Shown: positions 1-8,914, counted from the first letter of the stretch. The stretch: 22,640 nucleotides of DNA from Bacteroidales bacterium (GCA_016938685.1 JAFGUD010000402.1:1-22640); one strand, 5' to 3'. Numbers and translations: made by a program. The notes: generated by a model from the letters alone, not told the origin.

Positions 1-1073
1 AATTATGAAAGTAATAACTAATTTTTTTTACTTTTGCTGGTACACTTTTAGTGAATAATAGTGGCCACTTTTCTTGAATACTAACAAATGTTTGTATTTA
101 TAAGTAGTTCAACAGAAAATAATGGAATTGATGTATTTTGTATTTCAAATAGCTGAGAACCGTTGAAAATGAACAATTACAGTTCTATTCAAACAAAATA
201 AAGATATTTAAAGAAATATCCTCTAATTGAGAGATAAGAAGCGCGCTAAACTGTAATGGAGAAGTAAGAAAAACTTTATTACTTGACTCTTTTTGTCCTT
301 ATATTACATTGACTAATGCATTTTAAGACACTATATACTGCAATACTAACTAATATTGGAATTATCGGCCTCATTAATTTAAAGACTTAAAATAAAAGAT
401 CTATTTAGAATAAAAGGATAGAATATTAAAAAACTGAAAATTTTAAAACTGAGATATAAAGTTCAAATAACCAACGACTTATAATCATCAACTAAAATAA
501 AATTACAACACAACACGACACTCTTGCTAATAATATTAGCAAAAGATGTCTTTATTTTATATTAACTATCTAATAATGAGCTTATTATGATTGTTATAAA
601 AAGTTTTTTTTACTTGAAAATCCCTGTTTTTTCAAGCTATTTAACAGTTTTAATACATTGATTTAAGAAACCGGAGTTAAAGTAATTATTAATATTAAGA
701 CAAGTATAAAAAATACATATCTTAAAAAGGTTCAACTAAATTTTAAATATTTTTATTAAAATGATTCTTTAAATAATTGCACAAAAAAAGAAAAATAGTC
801 TTTTTAAAAGCTAAAATCTAGAAGAAAGAGACTGTTTAGAAATGTAAACAGCCTCTAAACACACACACTTCCCTACCCTAAATTGGATAGAATTAGAACG
901 ATTAAGTTTTACAACTTTAACTTTAACACACAACGCTAAAATACAGACTTTCAGCCAATCTACCAAATCTTTTTGTAATAAATAATTTACATTATTAAAA
1001 GTTTAGTTTATATTTTGTAAACTAACTATTTATAAATTAGAACTTTACTTATGTAAAAAAAGTTCAATTTTTT

Positions 1074-1104
1074 TTTGTTACTTTTTATAAATTTGTTAGA
1101 TTTG
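1074..1104 (+). promoter_or_regulatory. Putative Bacteroidetes-type promoter (TTTG at 1074-1077, 19-nt spacer, TAGATTTG at 1097-1104) upstream of the HTH gene
   Basis: Matches the TTTG-N19-TAnnTTTG (-33/-7) consensus described for Bacteroidetes sigma-A promoters. It lies 15 nt upstream of the ATG at 1119. A second TAnnTTTG (TAAATTTG at 1088-1095) is also present. This is a motif match by eye only. Confidence 0.35.
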
Positions 1105-1118
1105 TAAAAAGTTTAGTT

Positions 1119-1574
1119 ATGATTAAAGATCGTATACGCCAAATAATTGAATTAGAGAACCTAACTCACTCCGACTTTGCTAAGGCACTTGGTGTTCAGC
1201 GATCAAATATTTCACATATTTTAGCAGGAAGAAATAATCCTAGTATAGATTTTATACATAAATTGTTATTGCGGTTCAAAAACATTAATGCTGATTGGTT
1301 AATTATGGGAGAAGGATCAATGTATAAAAATCCTCCGAACACCCTATTTGATATGAATTCTAATGAGCATAAAGAAGAAATTCGTAATGCTGATAATGAC
1401 AAAACAGAAAACAGTATACAAAACAGCAATTATTCTGATGACAAAAGTAAAAATGTTGAAACATCCACACATTCTACTAAATCTCAACCTGTAAGTACAA
1501 CTCTTATTTCTCCTAACCAAATTCTTGTTCTTTTTGATGATGAAACTTTTATTACCTATAAAAAAAGAACTTAA
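1119..1574 (+). CDS. XRE-family helix-turn-helix transcriptional regulator (HTH_XRE N-terminus, low-complexity Asn/Ser/Thr/Lys-rich tail)
   Basis: ATG start. The N-terminal ~65 aa (DFAKALGVQRSNISHILAGRNNPSIDFIHKLLLRF...ADWLIMGEG) is the classic XRE/Cro-C1-type HTH with the W-L-x-x-G-E-G ending common in Bacteroidetes HTH proteins. The remainder is compositionally biased and ends in a short hydrophobic segment (ILVLFDDETFITYKK). Confidence 0.8.
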   Translation: MIKDRIRQIIELENLTHSDFAKALGVQRSNISHILAGRNNPSIDFIHKLLLRFKNINADWLIMGEGSMYKNPPNTLFDMNSNEHKEEIRNADNDKTENSIQNSNYSDDKSKNVETSTHSTKSQPVSTTLISPNQILVLFDDETFITYKKRT

Positions 1575-1938
1575 ATCTTAATCTTCATGTTTTCAGGTAG
1601 TTATGTTAAATAATTCCTATTAAGCATTTACAAAAAGTAAACTTAGCTTTAAATTTTGTAAAACAAACACTATTTGTATAATTTTCTTCTCCTTAAACCC
1701 CTCTATTTTTTAAAAAAAAATATTTGATTGACATCCTATAAGAATTAAGAAAAAATAAACGACTTGACTTTAATTTTTTAAAATTTGCCAAAATGTCACA
1801 AAAAAAACTTTATTGTATAATAAATTTAGAATAAATTTGATGTTTAAATAATAGCAATTAAAGATAACTAAAAATACACTTTGTTTAACTTATTGTCTAA
1901 TTTCACAAACAAAATTAACTTAAAACATTACTCACAAA

Positions 1939-2982
1939 ATGAATATTTACAAATTTTTCATCAAACCGTTGCTGTTTAAAATGCAACCGGAAAAGGCTCA
2001 CAAAGTTATTTTTAACTTTTTGAAACTTCCTGGAAGTAATTTTTTCCTAAAATTACTTTTCAAATTTGAGTCAAAAACTCTCCATTTTGAAAAATCAAAT
2101 TTTAAAGTTAATAATCCAATAGGGCTTGCAGCAGGATTGGATAAAGACGGAGAAGTTATTAATCAATTAGGAAATATTGGTTTTGGTTTTGTTGAAATTG
2201 GAACGGTAACGCCACTAGCCCAGCCCGGCAACCCAAAACCAAGATTATTTAGATTAGTTAAAGATCAAGCCCTAATCAACAGAATGGGTTTTAACAATAA
2301 TGGAGCAGCTTCAATGGTAGAGAAATTAAAGAAGATAAAACCAAACACAACGATTGGAATTAATCTTGGTAAAAATAAAATTACTCCACTAGAAGATGCT
2401 CATAATGATTATGTTAAAAGTTTTGAACTATTATTTGACTTTGGAGATTACTTTGTAGTAAATGTAAGTTCTCCTAATACTCCAAATTTAAGACAATTGC
2501 AAGACAAAGAATTTTTGAGAAAAATATTAAAAGAACTTCAGCAAATAAATTTATCAAAACCTAACCAAAAGCCACTTTTTATAAAAATAGCACCAGATTT
2601 ATCTCACCAACAAATAGATGAAATTATTGAAATAGTTGTTGAAGAAAAACTTACTGGAATAATAGCAACTAATACCACAATAGAACGAAAAAATTTAAGT
2701 TTGACAAAACAAGAAATTGAAAACTACGGTTCAGGCGGATTAAGTGGAAAACCTTTAAAAGAAAAATCTACTGAAATAATTCGTTACATTAAGTCTAAAA
2801 TAAATGACTCTATAGTATTAATAGGTGTAGGAGGAATTTTTGATATAAAAGACATAGAAGAAATGCTTTCGGCAGGCGCAGATGTTGTTCAAATCTACAC
2901 TTCTTTTATATATGAAGGGCCAGGAGTTGTGAAAAAGCTCAAAAAAGCTATGATTAAAAATAAAACTGTCAACAAAAATTAA
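1939..2982 (+). CDS. pyrD: Dihydroorotate dehydrogenase (quinone), class 2
   Basis: 347 aa with ATG start. Contains hallmark DHODH motifs (NPIGLAAGLDKDGE, GFGFVEIGTVTPLAQPGNPKPRLFRL, NRMGFNNNG, GGLSGKPL, VGGI). The N-terminal hydrophobic or amphipathic extension is typical of membrane-associated class-2 enzymes. Confidence 0.93.
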   Translation: MNIYKFFIKPLLFKMQPEKAHKVIFNFLKLPGSNFFLKLLFKFESKTLHFEKSNFKVNNPIGLAAGLDKDGEVINQLGNIGFGFVEIGTVTPLAQPGNPKPRLFRLVKDQALINRMGFNNNGAASMVEKLKKIKPNTTIGINLGKNKITPLEDAHNDYVKSFELLFDFGDYFVVNVSSPNTPNLRQLQDKEFLRKILKELQQINLSKPNQKPLFIKIAPDLSHQQIDEIIEIVVEEKLTGIIATNTTIERKNLSLTKQEIENYGSGGLSGKPLKEKSTEIIRYIKSKINDSIVLIGVGGIFDIKDIEEMLSAGADVVQIYTSFIYEGPGVVKKLKKAMIKNKTVNKN

Positions 2983-3086
2983 CAGAGTTTAATAATGTGT
3001 TGTTTTTTGTAATCGCCTTATAATCAACATATAACGAAGAGTAATATAAAACTTTACATAAAAAAACTAATAATTGGTCAAAAAAA

Positions 3087-3117
3087 TTTGCATGAAATTT
3101 TTAATTTTCTAAATTTG
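3087..3117 (+). promoter_or_regulatory. Putative Bacteroidetes-type promoter (TTTG at 3087-3090, 19-nt spacer, TAAATTTG at 3110-3117) for the nfeD-flotillin operon
   Basis: Exact match to TTTG-N19-TAnnTTTG, ending 14 nt before the ATG at 3132. No Shine-Dalgarno sequence, as usual for Bacteroidota. Confidence 0.4.
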
Positions 3118-3131
3118 AAAAGAAAAAACTA

Positions 3132-3716
3132 ATGAATATGTTATTATTTGCATGGGAGCAATTACCATTGATGGGTAAAATATACTGGATTTTAGCAGTT
3201 CCATCGACAGCAATTTTTTTGATACTTTTAGTGTTATCTTTTTTTGGAGCCGATGCCGACGCAGATATTGACGGCGGTGATATTGGCGATGTTGATATAG
3301 GAGAAGGATTAGGTGGATTTATTTTAAGTTTTAAATCCATAATATCTTTTGTTATGATGTTTGGATGGGCAGGAATTATCAGTATGACATTTGATTTAAG
3401 CATAGCTTTAACTATAATTGTCGCTGTTATAACAGGTTTAGTTAGTTTAATAGCAGTAGCTTCGTTATTATATTTTATCACAAAAATGTCATATAGTGGA
3501 ACAATGAATCTCGAAAACTCAATAGGAAAGGTTGGTTCAGTAATTTTAAGAATTCCATCAAAAAAGCAAGGTATAGGTCAAATTCAAGTTAACGTACAAG
3601 GTAGTTTAAGAACCTTAGAAGCTATGACAGAAGAAAAAGAACAAATAAAATCAGGAACAAATGTTCAAGTAATTGATGTTCAAGATAATATTCTAATTGT
3701 AATACCAAAAATATAA
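3132..3716 (+). CDS. NfeD-like membrane protein (short YuaF-type NfeD with C-terminal OB-fold), partner of flotillin
   Basis: 194 aa. Has N-terminal hydrophobic helices, an acidic Asp-rich linker (GADADADIDGGDIGDVDIGEG), and a C-terminal beta-rich segment (GKVGSVILRIPS...IQVNVQGSLRTLEAMTEE...VQVIDVQDNILIV) typical of the NfeD OB-fold. It sits 58 nt upstream of a flotillin gene, the conserved nfeD-flotillin arrangement seen in the B. subtilis yuaF-floT operon. Alternative in-frame starts exist at 3138 and 3171. Confidence 0.8.
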   Translation: MNMLLFAWEQLPLMGKIYWILAVPSTAIFLILLVLSFFGADADADIDGGDIGDVDIGEGLGGFILSFKSIISFVMMFGWAGIISMTFDLSIALTIIVAVITGLVSLIAVASLLYFITKMSYSGTMNLENSIGKVGSVILRIPSKKQGIGQIQVNVQGSLRTLEAMTEEKEQIKSGTNVQVIDVQDNILIVIPKI

Positions 3717-3773
3717 CTTAATATTAAAGAAATCATAATATTTTTAAAAAATCAATAAACAAAAATTAAAACT

Positions 3774-5282
3774 ATGACAACATTAAGTATTTTATTATCA
3801 GCGGGAGGATTAATAGGTTTTCTATTTATCTTAGTTCTCTTCTTAGTGTTTTTAATGTTCATTTTAATTGTTAGACGGTACAAAAGATGTCCATCTGACA
3901 AAATTTTGGTTATATATGGACAAGTTGGAAAAAATGAAGGTGGAACCAGAACAGCCAAAGTAATACATGGTGGGGCAGCATTTGTTTGGCCGGTATTTCA
4001 GGATTACGAATTTATGGATTTGACACCAATTCCGATTATTGTTGATCTAAGAGGAGCATTAAGTAATCAAAATATTCGTGTAAATGTGCCTGCAAGATTT
4101 ATGGTTGGTATTTCTACAGAGATAGGCGTTATGCAAAATGCAGCAGAACGTTTACTTGGTTTAACATTAGACAATATTCATGATTTAGCATCAGATATTA
4201 TTTTCGGACAGTTACGTGTTGTAATTGCAACAATGAAAATAGAAGAAATCAATAGCGACCGTGAAAAATTCCTTGCTAATGTTACAGAAGCAGTAGAACA
4301 TGAATTGAAAAAAATAGGTTTGAAACTAATCAACGTAAACGTTACAGATATCACAGATGACGACGGTTATATTGAGGCACTAGGAAAAGAAGCAACAGCA
4401 CATGCAATCAACGAAGCAAAAAAACTTGTTGCCGAAAAAGATAGAGACGGAGCAATTGGACAAGCAAACGCTAGAAGAGAGCAAAGAATTCAGGTTGCTA
4501 GCGCAAACTCGCAAGCAGAAATCGGAGAGGCAGATGCTGAACAATCAAAAAGAGTTTCTGTAGCCCAAGCAAATGCAACAGCTGTATCAGGTGAAAACTT
4601 ATCACAAACAAAAATTGCTGAATCTGAATCTAAGAAAAGAGTTGATGTATCTGAAGCTATGAAAAATGCGGAGATAGCTGAAAAAACAAACCAAGCTGAA
4701 GCAAAAGAAAAAGCATATAACGCTGAAAAACTTGCGGAAATATCTCGTGCAGAGAGAGATAAAGCTACACAATACGCAAACATTGTAGTTCCACAAGAAA
4801 TAGATAAACAAAAAATTGAAATTGCAGCCGAAGCAGAAGCAGAGCGCATCAGAAGAATTGCCAAAGGTCAAGCAGATGGGAAATTTATGGACATGGAAGC
4901 TATGGCAAAAGGTACATTCCAAATACTTTCAAAACAAGCAGAAGGTTTCAAACAAATTGTTTCAGCAGCAGGAAATAATTCAACTGACGCAATTAGACTT
5001 CTTATTGCCGATAAGCTTGAAGATCTTGTTAAAATTCAAGTTGAAGCAATCAAAAACATCAAAATTGATAAAGTTACTGTTTGGGAAAATGGCGGAAGTA
5101 AAGACGGAAATACTTCGACATCTAATTTCCTTAAAGGAATGGTTGGATCAATTCCTCCACTTGAAGAACTTTTCAACATGGCAGGAATGGAGATACCTAA
5201 CTATTTGGGAAAGAAAAAAGTAGTTGAAGACATTGATTTTGAAGAAGAAGCAAAAAAAGATGAAAGCGAAGCAATAGGTTAA
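3774..5282 (+). CDS. Flotillin-family (SPFH/Band-7 domain) protein, FloT/YuaG-like
   Basis: 502 aa. Has an N-terminal TM helix, an SPFH domain (KILVIYGQVGKNEGG...VWPVFQDYEFMDLTPIPIIVDLRGALSNQNIRVNVPARFMVGI), then a long Ala/Glu/Lys-rich coiled-coil region (the flotillin EA-rich region) and a C-terminal domain. Confidence 0.92.
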   Translation: MTTLSILLSAGGLIGFLFILVLFLVFLMFILIVRRYKRCPSDKILVIYGQVGKNEGGTRTAKVIHGGAAFVWPVFQDYEFMDLTPIPIIVDLRGALSNQNIRVNVPARFMVGISTEIGVMQNAAERLLGLTLDNIHDLASDIIFGQLRVVIATMKIEEINSDREKFLANVTEAVEHELKKIGLKLINVNVTDITDDDGYIEALGKEATAHAINEAKKLVAEKDRDGAIGQANARREQRIQVASANSQAEIGEADAEQSKRVSVAQANATAVSGENLSQTKIAESESKKRVDVSEAMKNAEIAEKTNQAEAKEKAYNAEKLAEISRAERDKATQYANIVVPQEIDKQKIEIAAEAEAERIRRIAKGQADGKFMDMEAMAKGTFQILSKQAEGFKQIVSAAGNNSTDAIRLLIADKLEDLVKIQVEAIKNIKIDKVTVWENGGSKDGNTSTSNFLKGMVGSIPPLEELFNMAGMEIPNYLGKKKVVEDIDFEEEAKKDESEAIG

Positions 5283-5303
5283 AAAAACTAATATGTAAAA
5301 AAA

Positions 5304-5333
5304 CTCGTACGAATTAAGTACGAGTTTTTTTTA
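5304..5333 (+). terminator. Rho-independent terminator after the flotillin gene
   Basis: Perfect 7-bp stem CTCGTAC (5304-5310) and GTACGAG (5318-5324) with a 7-nt loop, followed by T8 (5325-5332). Confidence 0.7.
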
Positions 5334-5432
5334 TTTACAAAATTTCTATACATTTGTAAAAAGCGGTGTTTATTTAACTGTTTTTTTACTAATTGAAGAA
5401 TAATACATTAGGAAAGATATAAACAAAATTTG

Positions 5433-7589
5433 ATGAGCGATTCAAAAACATTTCACATCTCAGAATCAGACGTAGATAAAAAATTTGAATTATTTTTAAA
5501 GAATTGTCACAGATGCAAAGGCCAAGAAGAGAGAGAAATACTTACCAAAGCATATAATTTTGCAAAAATAGCACATAAAGGACAAACCAGATACAACGGA
5601 GACGTTTTTATAAATCACCCTGTTGAAGTTGCAAAAATTGTCACATTAGACATAGGATTATCCACAACCTCAGCTGTTGCAGCATTACTGCACGATACGA
5701 TTACAAATACCGAACATGATTTAGAAGATATAAGACTAATACTAGGTAAAGAAATAACAACACTAGTAGAAAGTTTAGCCAAAATAAAAGGAACATCTAA
5801 TTTTTTTAATATTAACAAGTCAGAAGTTTATAAACGTTTATTGCTTGGTATATCCGAAGATATTAGAATAATATACATAAAAATAGCAGATCGCTTGCAT
5901 AACATGCGAACTCTGGATAGTTTAGAACCAGAGAAAAAGCTCAAGGTTGCAAATGAAACAATGTATGTTTATGCCCCACTGGCAGAAAGATTAGGTCTGT
6001 TTAAAATAAAATCAGAGCTAGAAGATTTAGCTTTTAAATACTTACAACCAAATAATTATTTTGACATAGCCAAAAGGATAATAGATAATGCACAAAAAAA
6101 CACAATGTATCTAAATCGTTTTGCATTACCTATTATAGCTAAATTATTTAAAGAAAAAGTTAACTTCAATATTATAAGTCGTCAGAAATCAATTTATTCA
6201 ATCTGGAAAAAAATTAAAAGAAAAAAAATTGGATTTAATGAAGTTTACGACATTTTTGCAATAAGACTAATAATTGAACCAAAAGAATCAGCAGAAGAAA
6301 AACAAGAAGTTTTTAGAGTTTACAATCTTCTAAGAGATATGTATGAAGTGAAGGAAGACAGAGTGCGAAACTGGATAGATGCCCCAAAAGATAATGGATA
6401 CGAAGCACTTCATGTTACAGTTAGAGGAACACAAGACAGATGGGTTGAAATACAAATAAGATCGACCAGAATGGACGATATTGCAGAACACGGTTTTGCG
6501 TCACACTGGAAATACAAAGGATTAGAATACCAAAAAGTAAAATTTGATGAAAAAATCAAAAAACTAAAAAACCAATTTGAAAGCATTGAAGAAAACGATT
6601 TCGATTATTTATCAAACTTTAAATTATTATTTTCTACCGAGATTGTAAGTTATACACCAAAAGGAAAAGAAATAATATTACCGGTTGGAAGTAGTGTTTT
6701 GGATTTTGCATTTGAAATTCATTCAAATTTAGGATTCAAATGTATTGGAGCAAAGGTTAATAATGTGTTAGTTCCATTAGATCATAAAATTCAAAGTGGG
6801 GATTATATTCATATTTTGACTTCAAATAGTCAAGAACCTAAGACAGACTGGTTAAATACGGTAAAAACAGAAAAAGCAAAAGCAAAACTAAATGAGTTTT
6901 TCAAAAAGATTAATATTAGCGAAAAAGAACAAGGACAAAATACTTTATCAGAATTGCTAGAGAAACACGACATTATACCTAGTCCTGAGTTATTTAAAAG
7001 TCTAATCAATAATTTTAAAACAACGAACAAACATAATTTATATCTTCAAATAGGAGCCGAAGAAATATCAATAGAAAAGTTGGAAAGTTTTATAAAAAAA
7101 CAATCAAAATGGAAAATTCGAAATTTCTTTTCACCTGCTCCTGCTCAAAAAAGTAAACTAGAGAAGCTAACCAATTACACAACAGCTAAATGTTGCAACC
7201 CTATACCGGGAGACGAAATAATAGGAATAAAAAACTACAATGAAATTGTGATTCATAGATCTGAGTGCAGTTTGCTGAAAAACAAAGAACTAGCCAAAAA
7301 AGAAAAAATACAAATAACGTGGAAATCATACAAAGCAAAATCGTTTTATACAAGATTAGAATTAGAAGCAGATAATAAAATGGGGTTATTTCATCAAATA
7401 TCAAGAGCATTGGCAAACGATCTGGAAGTAAATATAAAATCAATTCATTTTGACACAATTGACAATGGTTTTGGAATGGCGGGTTGGTTGGAAATATACG
7501 TTTTAAATCAAGAACACTTAAATCAAATTATCTTAAAACTAAAAGAAGTAGATGGAGTTACAAAAGTTGAAAGACTCATCGAATTATAA
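5433..7589 (+). CDS. Bifunctional (p)ppGpp synthetase/hydrolase, RelA/SpoT family
   Basis: About 718 aa. Has an HD hydrolase domain (HKGQTRYNGDVFINHPVEVA...ALLHDTI), a synthetase domain (NTMYLNRF...SIYSIWKKIKRKK...YDIFAIRLI...EALHVTV), a TGS domain and a C-terminal ACT-like domain. The ORF track starts at a TTG (5430); the adjacent ATG at 5433 is the more likely start. Confidence 0.92.
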   Translation: MSDSKTFHISESDVDKKFELFLKNCHRCKGQEEREILTKAYNFAKIAHKGQTRYNGDVFINHPVEVAKIVTLDIGLSTTSAVAALLHDTITNTEHDLEDIRLILGKEITTLVESLAKIKGTSNFFNINKSEVYKRLLLGISEDIRIIYIKIADRLHNMRTLDSLEPEKKLKVANETMYVYAPLAERLGLFKIKSELEDLAFKYLQPNNYFDIAKRIIDNAQKNTMYLNRFALPIIAKLFKEKVNFNIISRQKSIYSIWKKIKRKKIGFNEVYDIFAIRLIIEPKESAEEKQEVFRVYNLLRDMYEVKEDRVRNWIDAPKDNGYEALHVTVRGTQDRWVEIQIRSTRMDDIAEHGFASHWKYKGLEYQKVKFDEKIKKLKNQFESIEENDFDYLSNFKLLFSTEIVSYTPKGKEIILPVGSSVLDFAFEIHSNLGFKCIGAKVNNVLVPLDHKIQSGDYIHILTSNSQEPKTDWLNTVKTEKAKAKLNEFFKKINISEKEQGQNTLSELLEKHDIIPSPELFKSLINNFKTTNKHNLYLQIGAEEISIEKLESFIKKQSKWKIRNFFSPAPAQKSKLEKLTNYTTAKCCNPIPGDEIIGIKNYNEIVIHRSECSLLKNKELAKKEKIQITWKSYKAKSFYTRLELEADNKMGLFHQISRALANDLEVNIKSIHFDTIDNGFGMAGWLEIYVLNQEHLNQIILKLKEVDGVTKVERLIEL

Positions 7590-7660
7590 TTTTTTTAGAA
7601 ATAATATTACTGAATTATTTATTTTTTTTTAATTTTGTACAAAATCAAAAATCGGATTAA

Positions 7661-8173
7661 ATGGAATCAATTCAAAATATCGAAAGTCAAACATTAGTTA
7701 GAGCGGAAAATATTATCAACAGACATATAGTTTGGGCGATGGCGTCAGGTGCTTTGCCTATTCATTTCATTGATGCAATAGGAGTTATGCTTATTCAAAA
7801 TGACATGATAAAACAATTATGCAAGTTGTACGGATTAGATTACAACGAAAACATAGGTAAAAGCATTGTTTCCAGCATCATTGCGGCCTCTACGGCAAAA
7901 GGTATTTCGTTTGCTTTTAAACCAATAAAAGCAGGAGAAAGAATACTAATGGCAATTCTTTCAGGAGCAATAACTTATGCAATGGGAAGAATGTTTATCG
8001 GAAATTTTGAAAAAGGAATAGCCTTAATCGACATTGATATAAAAAAAGGAGAAGAATTATTTGACAAAAACTTTGAAAAAGGCAAAGAAATTGCAAAAAA
8101 CATCACAAAAAAACACGAGCCTAAGAAAAAAACAACTCCCAGAAAAAAAACAACAGAAGACGAAAAAGAATAA
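7661..8173 (+). CDS. Small conserved hypothetical protein, possibly DUF697-like, with a Lys/Thr-rich basic C-terminal tail
   Basis: 170 aa with ATG start. The central region (ALPIHFIDAIGVMLIQNDMIKQLCKLYGLDYNENIGKSIVSSIIAASTAKG...) resembles the DUF697 domain found at the C-terminus of YcjF-type proteins; this is a by-eye call and needs an HMM search. The tail KKHEPKKKTTPRKKTTEDEKE is highly basic. Confidence 0.6.
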   Translation: MESIQNIESQTLVRAENIINRHIVWAMASGALPIHFIDAIGVMLIQNDMIKQLCKLYGLDYNENIGKSIVSSIIAASTAKGISFAFKPIKAGERILMAILSGAITYAMGRMFIGNFEKGIALIDIDIKKGEELFDKNFEKGKEIAKNITKKHEPKKKTTPRKKTTEDEKE

Positions 8174-8199
8174 AAAATGCTCAATTGAGCATTTTTTTT
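8172..8199. terminator. Bidirectional rho-independent terminator shared by convergent genes
   Basis: A5 (8172-8176), stem ATGCTC (8177-8182), loop AATT, stem GAGCAT (8187-8192), then T7 (8193-8199). The symmetric A-run/T-run flanks mean it can terminate both the plus-strand gene ending at 8173 and the minus-strand tcdA ending at 8198. Confidence 0.6.
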
Positions 8200-8914
8200 A
8201 TATATTAGTTAAATCATCAATCACAACCCATGCAGCATAAATGCCGAAGATAGAAGGCATATATGAAATAGTACCCAAAGTAGTTTTTTTATTTTCTTGT
8301 TCCACAAATTTCAAAGAAGTCTCAACTCTTTTTTCAGGAGAAAAAACAACTTTTACTCCAGAACGTACACCAAGACCATGTAGCCTCTTACGTACAATTC
8401 TAGCTAATGGACAATTATAAGATTTCGAAATATCAGCAACTTCTACCAAAGACGGATTTAACTTACCTCCAGAACCCATAGAAGACACAATATTGAGACC
8501 AAGTTGAAAACAACTATTAATTAGGGAAACCTTTGGAGATAAAGTATCAATAGCATCAACAACATAATCAAACTTATCAGATTTTAATAAATCTACCATT
8601 TCATAATCTTTAATATATTTATCAATAACTATCAATTCAAGATCAGAGTTAATACTGAGTAATTTTTCCCCAAGAACATAGGCCTTTGATTTATCAACCG
8701 AACTAACAGAAGTAAAAATCTGACGATTCAAATTAGTAATATCAATTTTATCTCCGTCAACTATAGTAATTTTACCAACTCCTGCACGACAAAGCATTTC
8801 GGCTACAACACCACCAACACCTCCTACTCCGACGACTAACACATTAGAAACTACTAATTTTTGATGCTTATCGCCAAGTAATAATTTTGTTCTTTCTTGC
8901 CAATCTATATTCAT
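8198..8914 (-). CDS. tcdA: tRNA threonylcarbamoyladenosine dehydratase (ThiF/MoeB-family E1-like), TcdA/CsdL
   Basis: Has the Rossmann GxGxxG motif (VLVVGVGGVGGVVAEMLCRAGVGKITIVDGDKIDITNLNRQ). Its N-terminus (MNIDWQERTKLLLG) resembles TcdA homolog N-termini. The ORF track extends to a TTG at 8923; the ATG at 8914 is preferred. Confidence 0.85.
   Translation of the reverse strand: MNIDWQERTKLLLGDKHQKLVVSNVLVVGVGGVGGVVAEMLCRAGVGKITIVDGDKIDITNLNRQIFTSVSSVDKSKAYVLGEKLLSINSDLELIVIDKYIKDYEMVDLLKSDKFDYVVDAIDTLSPKVSLINSCFQLGLNIVSSMGSGGKLNPSLVEVADISKSYNCPLARIVRKRLHGLGVRSGVKVVFSPEKRVETSLKFVEQENKKTTLGTISYMPSIFGIYAAWVVIDDLTNI

Noticed and set aside
613-636. Hairpin CTTGAAAA-tccctgtt-TTTTCAAG that might be a terminator for an off-window upstream gene
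   Set aside because: Its 8-bp stem is all A/T except two pairs, and there is no clean downstream T-run on the plus strand. I could not assign it to any gene, so it is kept only as part of the description of the non-coding region.
1196-1429. Minus-strand 77-aa ORF inside the HTH regulator gene
   Set aside because: It lies completely within the better-supported plus-strand gene and is hydrophobic and low-complexity, typical of AT-rich shadow frames.
3101-3481. Minus-strand ORF encoding a Pro/Ser-rich peptide (PPNPSPISTSPISPPSISASASAP), antisense to nfeD
   Set aside because: It is an antisense artefact of the Asp/Gly/Ile-rich acidic linker coding sequence, overlaps the nfeD promoter and start, and has no independent signals.
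3752-3958. Minus-strand 68-aa ORF spanning the nfeD-flotillin intergenic region and the flotillin start
   Set aside because: It overlaps the flotillin N-terminal TM coding region in antisense. It is probably spurious.
4490-5223. Three ORFs (4490-4864 minus, 4602-4922 minus, 4816-5223 plus) overlapping the flotillin gene
   Set aside because: They are shadow ORFs created by the repetitive GCA/GAA-rich coiled-coil coding region. Their products are low-complexity (Ala/Ser/Phe/Cys-rich) with no domain signatures, and they lie entirely inside a well-supported gene.
5615-8184. Antisense ORFs 5615-5818, 6830-7030 and 7201-7458 within relA/spoT, and 7975-8184 within the DUF697-like gene
   Set aside because: They are shadow ORFs inside well-supported genes with no motifs.
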